The notes: generated by a model not told the origin, from the letters alone. Shown: positions 8,671-16,611, counted from the stretch's first letter. The stretch: 20,000 nucleotides of DNA from an uncultured virus (IMG/VR IMGVR_UViG_3300031787_000058) (IMGVR_UViG_3300031787_000058); one strand, 5' to 3'. Made by a program: numbers and translations.

Positions 8671-8949
8671 TTAGAAATCTTTGACCTTGACCTTGAACTC
8701 GTCTTGTTTCAGGCGCCCGTCGGCAGTCGTGGTATTGACCGTAACCTTGTACGTCACTCCGTTCGTGCCGCCCGACAGCCAGATCTTCACACGCGGATCG
8801 TTGATGAAGATGGACTGCACGGTAAGCCCGGAAGGCGAAACGGTAGCGGTCGCCGACGCCACATTGTCGTTGGCGGTCAGCCATTCGCTGTAGTCGATGT
8901 CGTAATCGAGCACGTCCACCGGCTGCTTCACAAAGTTTCCAAGGTTCAT
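8671..8949 (-). CDS. Small virion fibre-associated Ig-like protein (KxPxDVLDYDIDY family)
   Basis: 92 aa with FVKQPVDVLDYDIDYSEWL...KIWLSGGTNGVTYKVTVNTTTADGR, a widespread phage virion family. ATGA overlap with the upstream gene. Confidence 0.8.
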   Translation of the reverse strand: MNLGNFVKQPVDVLDYDIDYSEWLTANDNVASATATVSPSGLTVQSIFINDPRVKIWLSGGTNGVTYKVTVNTTTADGRLKQDEFKVKVKDF

Positions 8950-9962
8950 ACTGTCACCACCATGGTTCTATCTTCGATGGCCAAGACCATTGCCCGCTCT
9001 TCGGCGGGCAGGATCATGATTCGTTCCTCGACGACGATCTCTTCGGCCGGCGCGACCATCAGGCGCGACTCAGCGGCCACGACCATATCGCGGGCCTCGA
9101 TCACCTCGCCGTCGCGGTCCTCTTCGCCGACGTACATCGCGCGGCCGTCGATGGCCGGGACGTTGGCGTTGATGAAGGCCAGGACCGGGGTGCTGGTCGC
9201 CGTGGCCAGCGCGTTCGCAAACCCGAACCGCTCGACCGTCGGGAGCGCCGTGGCGATCGCCGTGGCAATCGCATCGACGTTGGCCCGGAACTGGGTGCCG
9301 TAGAAGATCGGCGCCGCGTAGGCGGCCGCGCTTGCGTCTGCGCGTCCGGCGAAGTTCTGCAGGGCGTAGGCAGCGCCGACCGCCGAGCAGCTGGCCAGCA
9401 CCGATTCCTTGAACTGCTGGCCGTAGGCGGCCGGGACTGCAGTCGCAGTGGCCGTAGCCGAAGCCAGGGCCAGCCGGATGCGGGTCGATTCTGCCGGGAT
9501 GGCGGTCGCCGTGCCCGACCCTGACGCTCCCGCAAACTGGATCTTGGTGCCGATCGCGGCCGCAACGGTCGCAGAGGCGGCGCCCGTAGCCGTTGGCAGA
9601 ACGACGCGGGTGCCCGCTGCGGCGCCGGAGGCGGTCGCAGAGCCGCTGGCGAGCGCGGGGTAGGTTGCGTATGCCGCGGCCTGCGCGGTCGCTGTGGCGC
9701 TGCCTGCGGCGGTGCCGCTGACTACGACATCGGTTGCGATTGCCAGGCCTGTTGCGCTGGCAAAGCCGTGGGCGGTCGCCGACGTGATCCGCCCGGCCTG
9801 GACGACTGCTTGGGCGGTGGCGAAGCCCTGGGCCTCGCCGAAGGTGGACTTTACGCCAGCGGCCGAACCGATCGCGGTGGCAACGGCAACAACAACGGCT
9901 CGGACGACCCAGTTACGGACCGCCGAACCATTGATCGAGTAGCCGTTAATCGCTCCGTTCAC
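8946..9962 (-). CDS. Ala-rich, ~20-21-aa-periodic virion fibre protein with C-terminal ExRxM repeats
   Basis: 338 aa, GTG start. N-terminal INGYSING motif, about 12 A-x-A/G-x-A-x-A-x-A units, and an acidic tail of 9-aa repeats. Confidence 0.75.
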   Translation of the reverse strand: MNGAINGYSINGSAVRNWVVRAVVVAVATAIGSAAGVKSTFGEAQGFATAQAVVQAGRITSATAHGFASATGLAIATDVVVSGTAAGSATATAQAAAYATYPALASGSATASGAAAGTRVVLPTATGAASATVAAAIGTKIQFAGASGSGTATAIPAESTRIRLALASATATATAVPAAYGQQFKESVLASCSAVGAAYALQNFAGRADASAAAYAAPIFYGTQFRANVDAIATAIATALPTVERFGFANALATATSTPVLAFINANVPAIDGRAMYVGEEDRDGEVIEARDMVVAAESRLMVAPAEEIVVEERIMILPAEERAMVLAIEDRTMVVTV

Positions 9963-9977
9963 GCCGCGCCACGGTCA

Positions 9978-10373
9978 TCAATTGATGGTGAAGGCGATGG
10001 CGTTGACGGCAAACGAAAGGACATCTCCGGGCCCAAGGATCTTGGGCGCCTGCAGAGGGGCGTAGAACAGCACGTTGCCGCTCGTTGCCGCGTCCACCAG
10101 CGCCAGGTGCGTGATCGTCACCGACGCCGACGGGTTGCCGTTGGCGGGAAACGTCAGCGCGCCGACGTTCTTCGTCTGGCCGTTTGCGTCGAGTGCCGTC
10201 CACGTTGCCGCCTGCCGCGAGTAGCCCGTGAACGCCGTCTCGGTTCCGCTTCCGGCTTCGCCGGGGTCGCTCTCGAACAGGGCCACGTAGACAGCAGCAG
10301 GCGGGGTCGCCGCCGTGTTGCGGAGGAAGTGATCAACGATCTTCCCCTCGAGATAGTTACTGAATGCGCTCAT
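9978..10373 (-). CDS. Small phage fibre/structural subunit (MSAFSNYLE...YVALF..DP.E family)
   Basis: 131 aa with MSAFSNYLEGKIVDHFLR, YVALFESDPGEAG, ITHLALVDAATSGNVLF and GDVLSF motifs, a widespread virion protein family. AAGGAG SD. Confidence 0.85.
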   Translation of the reverse strand: MSAFSNYLEGKIVDHFLRNTAATPPAAVYVALFESDPGEAGSGTETAFTGYSRQAATWTALDANGQTKNVGALTFPANGNPSASVTITHLALVDAATSGNVLFYAPLQAPKILGPGDVLSFAVNAIAFTIN

Positions 10374-10384
10374 GTACGTCTCCT

Positions 10385-11074
10385 TTACCGGGTGTTAGGC
10401 GTCGCGTTCGGGTTGGCGGGCGCCGTCGAGTTCGGGTTGACGCCAAGCTCCACGTTTGCCTTTCCGGTAAGCGCGGCCAGGTACGCTTGCTGATGCTTCG
10501 CCGCGCTGGCCTGGTCGGCCGCGTACTCCGCATCCTTGCTGTAAGCCCGATACAGGATGTAATCGACCAGCACGGTCTGGTAGATGTCATCGAGCGTGAT
10601 CACGCCACCAAGCGCCGCTTCAGTCGGTGCGGCGCCGTAGATGATTTCGACCCAACCGCGTTGGCCAGTGTGCGGCTGCGGCGGGTAGACGTAGAAGTTC
10701 TTGGGATCGAACAGGGTGTAGCTGTAGTGCTTCACCACGTTCGATGGCGTGCTCGCGTGCCAGTCCGGAGTCTGCGAGTCCAGGATTTCCCTGGTCACGA
10801 TCCGGATGGCCCGGCCCGCGGTGGTGCCGTCGGTGCCCATGTTACGAACCACATCGATCAGCTGCACGCCGTCAGACGGAAGCGCCTGCTTCGTTCCTGC
10901 GACAAGGTGGATAGCCTGGTTCTTGACGAAGGCGTTGGGCTTCAGCAGGACGATCTCGCGCTGGCCGTCGTTCAGCCAGCCGAGCAGTTCCGCGTTTGGC
11001 CATCGAATGCCGGTCGCGTCCTGAAGAATGATCTGAGCCTTCTCGATGATGGAATTGACAGTGATAGTGGCCAT
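10385..11074 (-). CDS. Head-tail / fibre adaptor protein (DUF6682-like, 933W-type)
   Basis: 229 aa. IRWPNAELLGWLNDGQREIVLLKP, GTKQALP, REILDSQTPDWH, FYVYPP and LVDYILYRAYSKDAE match 933W-type adaptors. AAGGAG SD. Confidence 0.85.
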   Translation of the reverse strand: MATITVNSIIEKAQIILQDATGIRWPNAELLGWLNDGQREIVLLKPNAFVKNQAIHLVAGTKQALPSDGVQLIDVVRNMGTDGTTAGRAIRIVTREILDSQTPDWHASTPSNVVKHYSYTLFDPKNFYVYPPQPHTGQRGWVEIIYGAAPTEAALGGVITLDDIYQTVLVDYILYRAYSKDAEYAADQASAAKHQQAYLAALTGKANVELGVNPNSTAPANPNATPNTR

Positions 11075-11083
11075 GGGTGCTCC

Positions 11084-11722
11084 TTAATGCTGCCCTTTGA
11101 CGCGAAGTGGCGCTCGCCCAAGGGCTGTGACCGCGGTCGCTCGTGCGCCAGCAACGGCCGCGTCAAATGAAACCCGGCGATCGAGACCGGTTGGCACGTC
11201 GGTCCATCCCTTGTTCGGCATGGTCATCAACTTTGCCAGCGCGCCGTCGGCGATCGCGTAGATGTACTGGTTCGAGATCCACTTCGGGAACCCGGTAGAC
11301 GACTGGCTCGGCGCCAGCGCAAGTGTGAGCACGAGCGCGCCAGTGAGCGTCGATTCAGGGACCGGCGCAAGAATGATCTGCTCGGTATCGACCTGAGTGA
11401 AATACTTGGGCGTGCCCGTCTGCGTGCGCCAGCCTGGGTGGTTGGCGTTGAGCCAATCGACCGACTTCTGATCGATCGGCTGTCCGTCGTACTCGACGCC
11501 GATGACGGCCGCCACGTCGGACCCTGAAGGGATCTCGATCGTGTAGGCGGCCTCACCGGCTTCGACATCGAGCGGGTCCGGCAGATGCTTCCAGACCCAC
11601 GAGCCTTCGCAGAACTGGATGGCGGCCCGTTTGATCGCGTGTTCGGTAACAGGGTCGGACGGGTCGGCCGCCAAATTCGGCAGCACCTCATCCAGCAAGT
11701 CTGAATACTTGACGTTCGCCAC
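11084..11722 (-). CDS. Head-tail adaptor protein
   Basis: 212 aa, GTG start. AIKRAAIQFCEGSWVW, GTPKYF, LAPVP and AIADGALAKLMTMPNKGWTD are typical podovirus adaptor motifs. Distantly similar in layout to the next gene. Confidence 0.8.
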   Translation of the reverse strand: MANVKYSDLLDEVLPNLAADPSDPVTEHAIKRAAIQFCEGSWVWKHLPDPLDVEAGEAAYTIEIPSGSDVAAVIGVEYDGQPIDQKSVDWLNANHPGWRTQTGTPKYFTQVDTEQIILAPVPESTLTGALVLTLALAPSQSSTGFPKWISNQYIYAIADGALAKLMTMPNKGWTDVPTGLDRRVSFDAAVAGARATAVTALGRAPLRVKGQH

Positions 11723-11732
11723 GACGCGAGCC

Positions 11733-11751
11733 CCGAGCAGATATTGCTCGG
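11733..11751. promoter_or_regulatory. Intergenic inverted repeat CCGAGCA-N5-TGCTCGG
   Basis: Perfect 7-bp arms, 10 nt upstream of the adaptor GTG start. Function unknown. Confidence 0.35.
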
Positions 11752-11778
11752 ATTATTGTTCCCGACCGCCTATTCGAC

Positions 11779-12186
11779 TCAAACCGGCTTGCGCTCAACA
11801 CTGACATCGTTTTCCAGTTCTTCGATCTCGTCGATCAGGTTCTTGGACGACTTGCGCGCGTCGAGCTCGCGGCTGTAGCGGCGCTTGGCAAACGCCTTCA
11901 GTTCGGTCTTGCTCATCTTCTCGAGCGGCTTCTTCAGCGCATCGCTGTCAACGACAACCTGATCTCCGTCCTCGTCCGTGACCTTGATGACTTCCGCCTG
12001 GGAGATAAGCGGGATGTCGGACGGGTTCTCGAGCGCCCACTGGTCGGGGTACTTGAGCAGCGCCTTGGCGGTCGCCTCGGGGACTTCCTTCACGTCGCCC
12101 TTTCCGTTCCAGACCGTGCCGGAGCGGGTGATGCTGTCGAAGGTGACGGGCTTGTTGCCTACATACTTGATCTTCACGGATGCCAT
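11779..12186 (-). CDS. Conserved head-region protein with C-terminal Rho-N/HeH-like helical domain
   Basis: Start moved to ATG 12186, which has a GGAGAG SD (the TTG at 12198 lies in the terminator U-tract). The N-terminal IKYVGNKP...LLKYPDQW resembles the gene after the 933W decoration gene. C-terminal LEKMSKTELKAFAKRRY..LD.RKS..NLIDEI. Confidence 0.8.
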   Translation of the reverse strand: MASVKIKYVGNKPVTFDSITRSGTVWNGKGDVKEVPEATAKALLKYPDQWALENPSDIPLISQAEVIKVTDEDGDQVVVDSDALKKPLEKMSKTELKAFAKRRYSRELDARKSSKNLIDEIEELENDVSVERKPV

Positions 12187-12196
12187 TTGTCTCTCC

Positions 12197-12230
12197 AAAA
12201 GAAAGGGGCGACCCCGCGAGAGGCCGCCCC
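12197..12230 (-). terminator. Rho-independent terminator after the capsid/decoration genes
   Basis: GGGGCGGCCTC-TCGC-GGGGTCGCCCC (11 bp, 2 G-U) followed by TTTCTTTT on the minus strand. Confidence 0.85.
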
Positions 12231-12262
12231 TGGTTCGGTCAGTTCACCGAGCCTGCAGGCAA

Positions 12263-12667
12263 TTACTTGCCCTGGAACTCGTAGAACACCACGACGTTGA
12301 GATCGCCCGTCGCCGCACCGCCGCCAACCGTGGCGGTTATGTAGGCGTCGTACTCGAGCTCAACCGGCGCAGCCGCAGAGCGGTTGGCACCGGCCGACAC
12401 GGTGCTGGTGGCCGGAAGCAGCGCGGTGGCGCTGCCGCCAGCCTCGCCGTTCACGTACTCGTAGCCGAGCGAGATCGTGGTCGAGGCGCCGAGAGCGGCG
12501 TTCACGGCCTTGACATCGTGGATCTTCGAGCCAGCGAACAGCTTGACCAGGCGAACCTTGTCAGCGGACGGAGTGGCAGCAAACGTGTACTTGCCGTGGG
12601 CCGGGGCCAACGGGCAGTCACCGCTGTACTGCGTATCCAGAAGGGAAGGAGCGTTAAGAGTAGCCAT
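12263..12667 (-). CDS. Capsid decoration/cement protein
   Basis: 134-aa beta-rich protein immediately after the MCP and before the terminator. MATLNAPSL, VRLVKLFAGSKI and AATGDLNVVVFY resemble the 933W counterpart. GGAGA SD. Confidence 0.75.
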   Translation of the reverse strand: MATLNAPSLLDTQYSGDCPLAPAHGKYTFAATPSADKVRLVKLFAGSKIHDVKAVNAALGASTTISLGYEYVNGEAGGSATALLPATSTVSAGANRSAAAPVELEYDAYITATVGGGAATGDLNVVVFYEFQGK

Positions 12668-12694
12668 TTGAGTGTCTCCGAATCAGGGTGGCTA

Positions 12695-13963
12695 TTACGA
12701 GCCGAGCAGCGTACGACCAGCAGCCGACGCCGGATCCGGCGCGTAGCTGTCGAGAACTGCCACGCCGAAGTCGGTGTCCGCGCCATCGATCTTGAAGCGG
12801 ATCTTCGCGGTACCAGTCATGGCCGCGCAGACCGTCTCGATCGAGTTGCCGTGGTCAACCGACTCTTCGGACCAGTCGTAGAAGTAGTCCGAGGCCGACT
12901 TACCGTACGCCTTCGCAAGCGCCTGGGCGCCCACGATGATCGCGCGGTCAACCGGCTGCGCCGCCGTCTGCGAGGTCTCGGTGTAGGTGAGGCCGTCGGC
13001 ACCACCAGAGTCCACCGTCACCGCGTCGTTCGCCGCGAAACGGATCGCGTAACGGTTCATGCGCTTGATGAGCACGCCGTTCCACATGATCGTCTCGTAG
13101 GCATCGAACAGCGGGTGCTTCACGCCAGCCGACTTGCGCTCAAAGCCGTTCTGCACGGCCTGACGCCAGGTCGTCTGACCGGTGCGGGCCATGAGATAGA
13201 GCCACTGACGCTCGGTGACGAACATCACCCACAGCGGATCGTTCCAAGCGCGGTCGTCGCCCTTGATCTTCACCGACTGCATGACAACCGGCGACTCGCG
13301 CAGCTGCGCCACCACACGGTCGATGTCCTGAAGGGTCAGGGCGTCGTTCGTGCCGATGCTGTCGATACCGGTCGCGTCGTTGGCGAAGAAGTGGCGGTTC
13401 TTGGTCGGGGCCTTCACGCCGTTGACCATGATCTCCGCGAAATCGCCGTCCGAAGCAAGCGGCACAACCCAGTCGCTCGTGTTCTGCGCGCCGCGGGCGC
13501 CCGCAAGGTGAACGAGGGTCGTCTGGTCCTCGAGGCGCTGCATCCACGACTGCAGACCAGCCATGCTGATCTTGCGGAGGTTGTGGACGGTGCGCTTCTG
13601 GGTCATGCGACCGCCGCTGTCAGCACCACCGCGCACCTGGTCGATGCGCACGTCCATCGAGGACGTGGTGAGCTGCATCATCTTGCCGGCGATGCGCTTG
13701 TCACCCATGACAGGCTTGCCCTGCAGGATGTTGAAGAGGTCGATCGACACGGTGTCGCCGGCGCCCTTGGCGAGATCACCCGCCTTGACGACCGGGTAAT
13801 CCGGGCTGGTCTGACCCTTGGTCTTGGCGGCGAAGCTGCCTTCCTTCGGCATCTCGCCAGAGATGAGATTCATGAAGCCGGGGCTGTGCTGAACGCGCGT
13901 GAAAAGGCCAACGGAGTAGACCTTGCGCGCGAGAGCGGACCCGACGGGGATGTTGGTAGCCAT
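12695..13963 (-). CDS. Major capsid protein, N4-gp56/DUF4043 family
   Basis: 422 aa. DLAKGAGDTVS, PVMGDKRIAG, GGRMTQKRT, VHLAGARG, HPLF, MWNGVLI, DRAIIVGAQALAKAYG and DFGVAVLD motifs. GAGGA SD, TAATAG double stop. Confidence 0.95.
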   Translation of the reverse strand: MATNIPVGSALARKVYSVGLFTRVQHSPGFMNLISGEMPKEGSFAAKTKGQTSPDYPVVKAGDLAKGAGDTVSIDLFNILQGKPVMGDKRIAGKMMQLTTSSMDVRIDQVRGGADSGGRMTQKRTVHNLRKISMAGLQSWMQRLEDQTTLVHLAGARGAQNTSDWVVPLASDGDFAEIMVNGVKAPTKNRHFFANDATGIDSIGTNDALTLQDIDRVVAQLRESPVVMQSVKIKGDDRAWNDPLWVMFVTERQWLYLMARTGQTTWRQAVQNGFERKSAGVKHPLFDAYETIMWNGVLIKRMNRYAIRFAANDAVTVDSGGADGLTYTETSQTAAQPVDRAIIVGAQALAKAYGKSASDYFYDWSEESVDHGNSIETVCAAMTGTAKIRFKIDGADTDFGVAVLDSYAPDPASAAGRTLLGS

Positions 13964-13983
13964 GGTAGTCCTCGCAAATTACG

Positions 13984-15003
13984 TCAGAGTGAATTGAAGT
14001 AAGACTCCAACTGGTCAGGCGTCATGCGGGCAAACTTCTCGGCAAGCTGAACCGATGTAAGGTTCTGGGCTTCCTCGCGTTCGTCCTGCGCGGCGTGCTG
14101 TCCAGCCGGGAACTCGGAAAGCGACTTAGGCACGTCGGACGCGGACTTCTTTACAGATTCCGCGGCCCTAGCCTTTGCCTTGGCTTTCAAGTCCCCTTGG
14201 TTCGTTGGTGCAGCTTGAGGCGCACCCGGCAACTCGATCTCTCCAAGCGCGGCTTCCACCATCTCGGTAACTTTCTGGAACCGTTCCGTCAGAGGCTTGT
14301 TAGCCCAGGCTTTCTGCTCACGAAGCGTCTTGTCGAACTGTTTGGCCAGTTCAAACGCCTCGACGTTGTTCGCCTGGATGTGCGCCAGTTTGGGCACCGA
14401 GTCGATCGCGTCTTGCACCGTTTCATTGGCGCTTCGCTCGCGTTCGGCCTGTACCGACTGCACGCTCTCCTCGACCGGCTTCAACTTGGCTTCGAGCATT
14501 TCGGCTCGGGCCATGGCCGCCTTGACGGCCTTGTAGACGGTCGGGAAATCCTCCTTCAGGGTTTCCAGATCAGCTTCCGAGAAATCGCTTACAGGCGGCT
14601 GTTGGCTGGTGCGGGCGCTCTCACCGTCGTCTTTCGCCCCTTCACTCCCGTTCTTGACCAGGCCCTCGAGGAAGGCGACTCGCTCCTTCATCTCGGTGGC
14701 CATTTGTTCGGCCCTCGAGGCGCGTTCGCGTTCGCTCTTCAGCACCGAATATGGGATAACGTGCTTCCCATCCTTCGTTGCCACGCCAGCGGCGTTCTCT
14801 TCGCTCTGGTCGTCCTGGGTTGCCTTGTCAGCATCCTGCGGATCGACGTTCTCCGGTTCCTTGTCGTCTTCCTTCTCTTCCGGCTCGGGCTCTTTTGGGG
14901 GCTCGACCGCGGCCTCTTCGCCGCTTTCCAGTTCCTCGAATGCTCTTGCGAGATCCTCGGGGCTGTCAGAAATAGAATTCAGATCGACTTGGGTACCACT
15001 CAT
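13984..15003 (-). CDS. Capsid scaffolding protein
   Basis: 339 aa directly upstream of the MCP. Acidic disordered N-terminus, TKDGKHVIPYSVL motif, coiled coil, and C-terminal MTPDQLESYF helix. Confidence 0.85.
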   Translation of the reverse strand: MSGTQVDLNSISDSPEDLARAFEELESGEEAAVEPPKEPEPEEKEDDKEPENVDPQDADKATQDDQSEENAAGVATKDGKHVIPYSVLKSERERASRAEQMATEMKERVAFLEGLVKNGSEGAKDDGESARTSQQPPVSDFSEADLETLKEDFPTVYKAVKAAMARAEMLEAKLKPVEESVQSVQAERERSANETVQDAIDSVPKLAHIQANNVEAFELAKQFDKTLREQKAWANKPLTERFQKVTEMVEAALGEIELPGAPQAAPTNQGDLKAKAKARAAESVKKSASDVPKSLSEFPAGQHAAQDEREEAQNLTSVQLAEKFARMTPDQLESYFNSL

Positions 15004-15009
15004 GCTTCA

Positions 15010-15084
15010 CTCCACGTATCGCGTTGGCTGCGGGGACCACTAGATCGCGCCGATAACCCACGGCGGGGATGCGACCTTTGTGGC
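15010..15084 (-). promoter_or_regulatory. Structured 5' leader of the scaffold gene (two hairpins, the second overlapping the SD)
   Basis: Hand-folded minus strand: CCAC-AA-AGGTCGC-ATCCCC-GCCG-TGGGTTAT-CGGC-GCGATCT-A-GTGG, then CCA(A)CG-CGATA-CGTGG, which includes the GG of the GGAG SD. Confidence 0.45.
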
Positions 15085-15109
15085 TGATTGGAAATATAGG
15101 CAGGCAAAA

Positions 15110-15346
15110 TCAATTCGACTGCGGCTTGCGCGGATCTAGTCCAGCAAGCCATGAGACGTACCATGCTGCCTTCTTTGCCTCTTGCTCTGGCGCGTCCTTG
15201 CGCCCAAGACGCCACAAGTACGCAAGGGCAGAGCCCTTGCAGTACCCGCGGAACTCCTCCGGGGTCAGAGCGGAGCGAATGGCGTCAATGCACTCGATGT
15301 CGCCGCTCTTGTAATGCCCGGGGTTGATCGCGTCCTTTTCTGTCAC
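15110..15346 (-). CDS. DUF3310 / SaV-like protein
   Basis: 78 aa. DAINPGHYKSGDIECIDAI...EEFRGYCKG..L.YLWRLGRK....E.KKAAWY is the DUF3310 signature. GAGGAG SD, GTG start. Confidence 0.9.
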   Translation of the reverse strand: MTEKDAINPGHYKSGDIECIDAIRSALTPEEFRGYCKGSALAYLWRLGRKDAPEQEAKKAAWYVSWLAGLDPRKPQSN

Positions 15347-15348
15347 CT

Positions 15349-16611
15349 TTACGCTCCTCGATCAGGCAGGGCCACACTGCCGCTGTGACTCCACCGGTTG
15401 TTGGTGTACGAGCGCACGAAGTAGTTGAAGATCTCGAGGCGGAACCGCTGCACGGCGCCGTCTTCGTTGAGGCGTAGGCGAACCACGCCACCGCCCAGGT
15501 GGTACGAGATCTTTTTCTTGCGCGCGAACGGGGTCTGGTCCTGCGTACAACCGGTCTGGACCGTATGAACGTTGCGGATCAGGGCGTAGGCGAGCTTGTG
15601 GTAGTGCCCGGCCAGCAGCACGGCCGGCTTCTCGCCGCCGTCGTACCCCTCGACGATCTTCTGCACGGTGTACGACACGGCGTAGGCCGTACCGCCGCCC
15701 GGGTGCATCAGGTGGAGCTTGCTCGACTCGCCAGAGCCCGCGTGCGTGAGATTCACGAACGCCTCCATGTAGCCCATGTCGTGCCAGTCGAGGCGCCCCG
15801 ACTCGCGCATCACGTTCTCGGCCATCTTGCCGATGTTCATGCCCGCGCGCTGTGCGTACCACCCTTCGTGGTCGTCGCCCGCCACCGCGTAGGTGTGGAT
15901 GCCCGGGCGCTGCGGGTAGTGCTTGGCGAGGTAGGCCAACTGGTTATGCACGCCATGGGTATGAAGGTCGTGCATGTTGAAACTGGCTTCGCCATCGATC
16001 CAGTTTCCGGCGTTGAAGACGTGCTCGACCCCCTCGGCCTCGAACTTGTCGTAGAGATCGTTCAGGACATCGAGCCGTTCGTACTTCGATCCGAGGTGAT
16101 TGTCCGAGGTGAACCCGAACGAGAACCATCCGTCCTGCTCGGACTTGAAACTCGGCAGATCCGTCGCCGCGTGCCCTGGGGCGGGCGTCTTTGACCAGTG
16201 CCACTTGCCCGAGTGCTCGTGCAGGTTGAAGCCCTGCTCACGCAACTGATCAATGGCGTCTAGTATCGCTCCGCGAGATGAGTCCAACTGCTTTGCGATT
16301 TCCTCGAGGCTGGCAGGCCCGCGCTTCAGCAGCGCCTTGACCGGTTCTGTCTGCAGTTGCCGATCTTCTGCGGCTTCTTCGGTCGCGCCCTCGATCTCGC
16401 CGACTTCATCAGAGGAATGAAGCACGTCCATGCGCGAGGTGACGTACTCGGATTCCGGGATGTAGATACCGCGCTTGCGCATCAGGTCGATTCGGCCCTT
16501 GATCATGGTGGTCGATACGCCGAGTTCGGTCGCGGCCTTGCTGCGCTGCCATCGATTGCGCTTCAACGCATCAAGTACCTGTTCGTTCGTGATCGGGGAT
16601 TTACCACTCAT
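15349..16611 (-). CDS. Calcineurin-like metallophosphoesterase with two N-terminal HTH domains
   Basis: True start most likely ATG 16611 (ATGA overlap with the upstream gene, GAAGGTG SD), giving 420 aa. Fis-like HTH (VLDALKRNRWQRSKAATELGVS), winged HTH (SLEEIAKQLDSSRGAILDAIDQLREQGFNL), then SDNHLGS / AGNWIDG / AGDDHE / MHPGGG / AGHYH motifs. Confidence 0.88.
   Translation of the reverse strand: MSGKSPITNEQVLDALKRNRWQRSKAATELGVSTTMIKGRIDLMRKRGIYIPESEYVTSRMDVLHSSDEVGEIEGATEEAAEDRQLQTEPVKALLKRGPASLEEIAKQLDSSRGAILDAIDQLREQGFNLHEHSGKWHWSKTPAPGHAATDLPSFKSEQDGWFSFGFTSDNHLGSKYERLDVLNDLYDKFEAEGVEHVFNAGNWIDGEASFNMHDLHTHGVHNQLAYLAKHYPQRPGIHTYAVAGDDHEGWYAQRAGMNIGKMAENVMRESGRLDWHDMGYMEAFVNLTHAGSGESSKLHLMHPGGGTAYAVSYTVQKIVEGYDGGEKPAVLLAGHYHKLAYALIRNVHTVQTGCTQDQTPFARKKKISYHLGGGVVRLRLNEDGAVQRFRLEIFNYFVRSYTNNRWSHSGSVALPDRGA

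Noticed and set aside
7903..9303. 466-aa plus-strand ORF, and other long plus-strand ORFs (9-521, 14095-15087, 16658-18085 etc.)
   Set aside because: Fully antisense to well-supported minus-strand genes, with low-complexity or implausible composition and no SD or domain signal.
12668..12700. Capsid read-through or frameshift fusion to the decoration protein
   Set aside because: The MCP ends in a double stop TAATAG, no slippery sequence is seen, and the next gene has its own SD.
11978..14002. 674-aa plus-strand ORF
   Set aside because: Antisense shadow of the capsid/decoration genes, expected from high-GC codon bias. Arg/His-rich with no motifs.
15085..15125. Sigma70 promoter for the head operon (TTGATT/TTGCCT and TATATT on the minus strand)
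   Set aside because: The -35/-10 spacing does not fit 16-18 nt. An activator-dependent late promoter is possible but cannot be supported.
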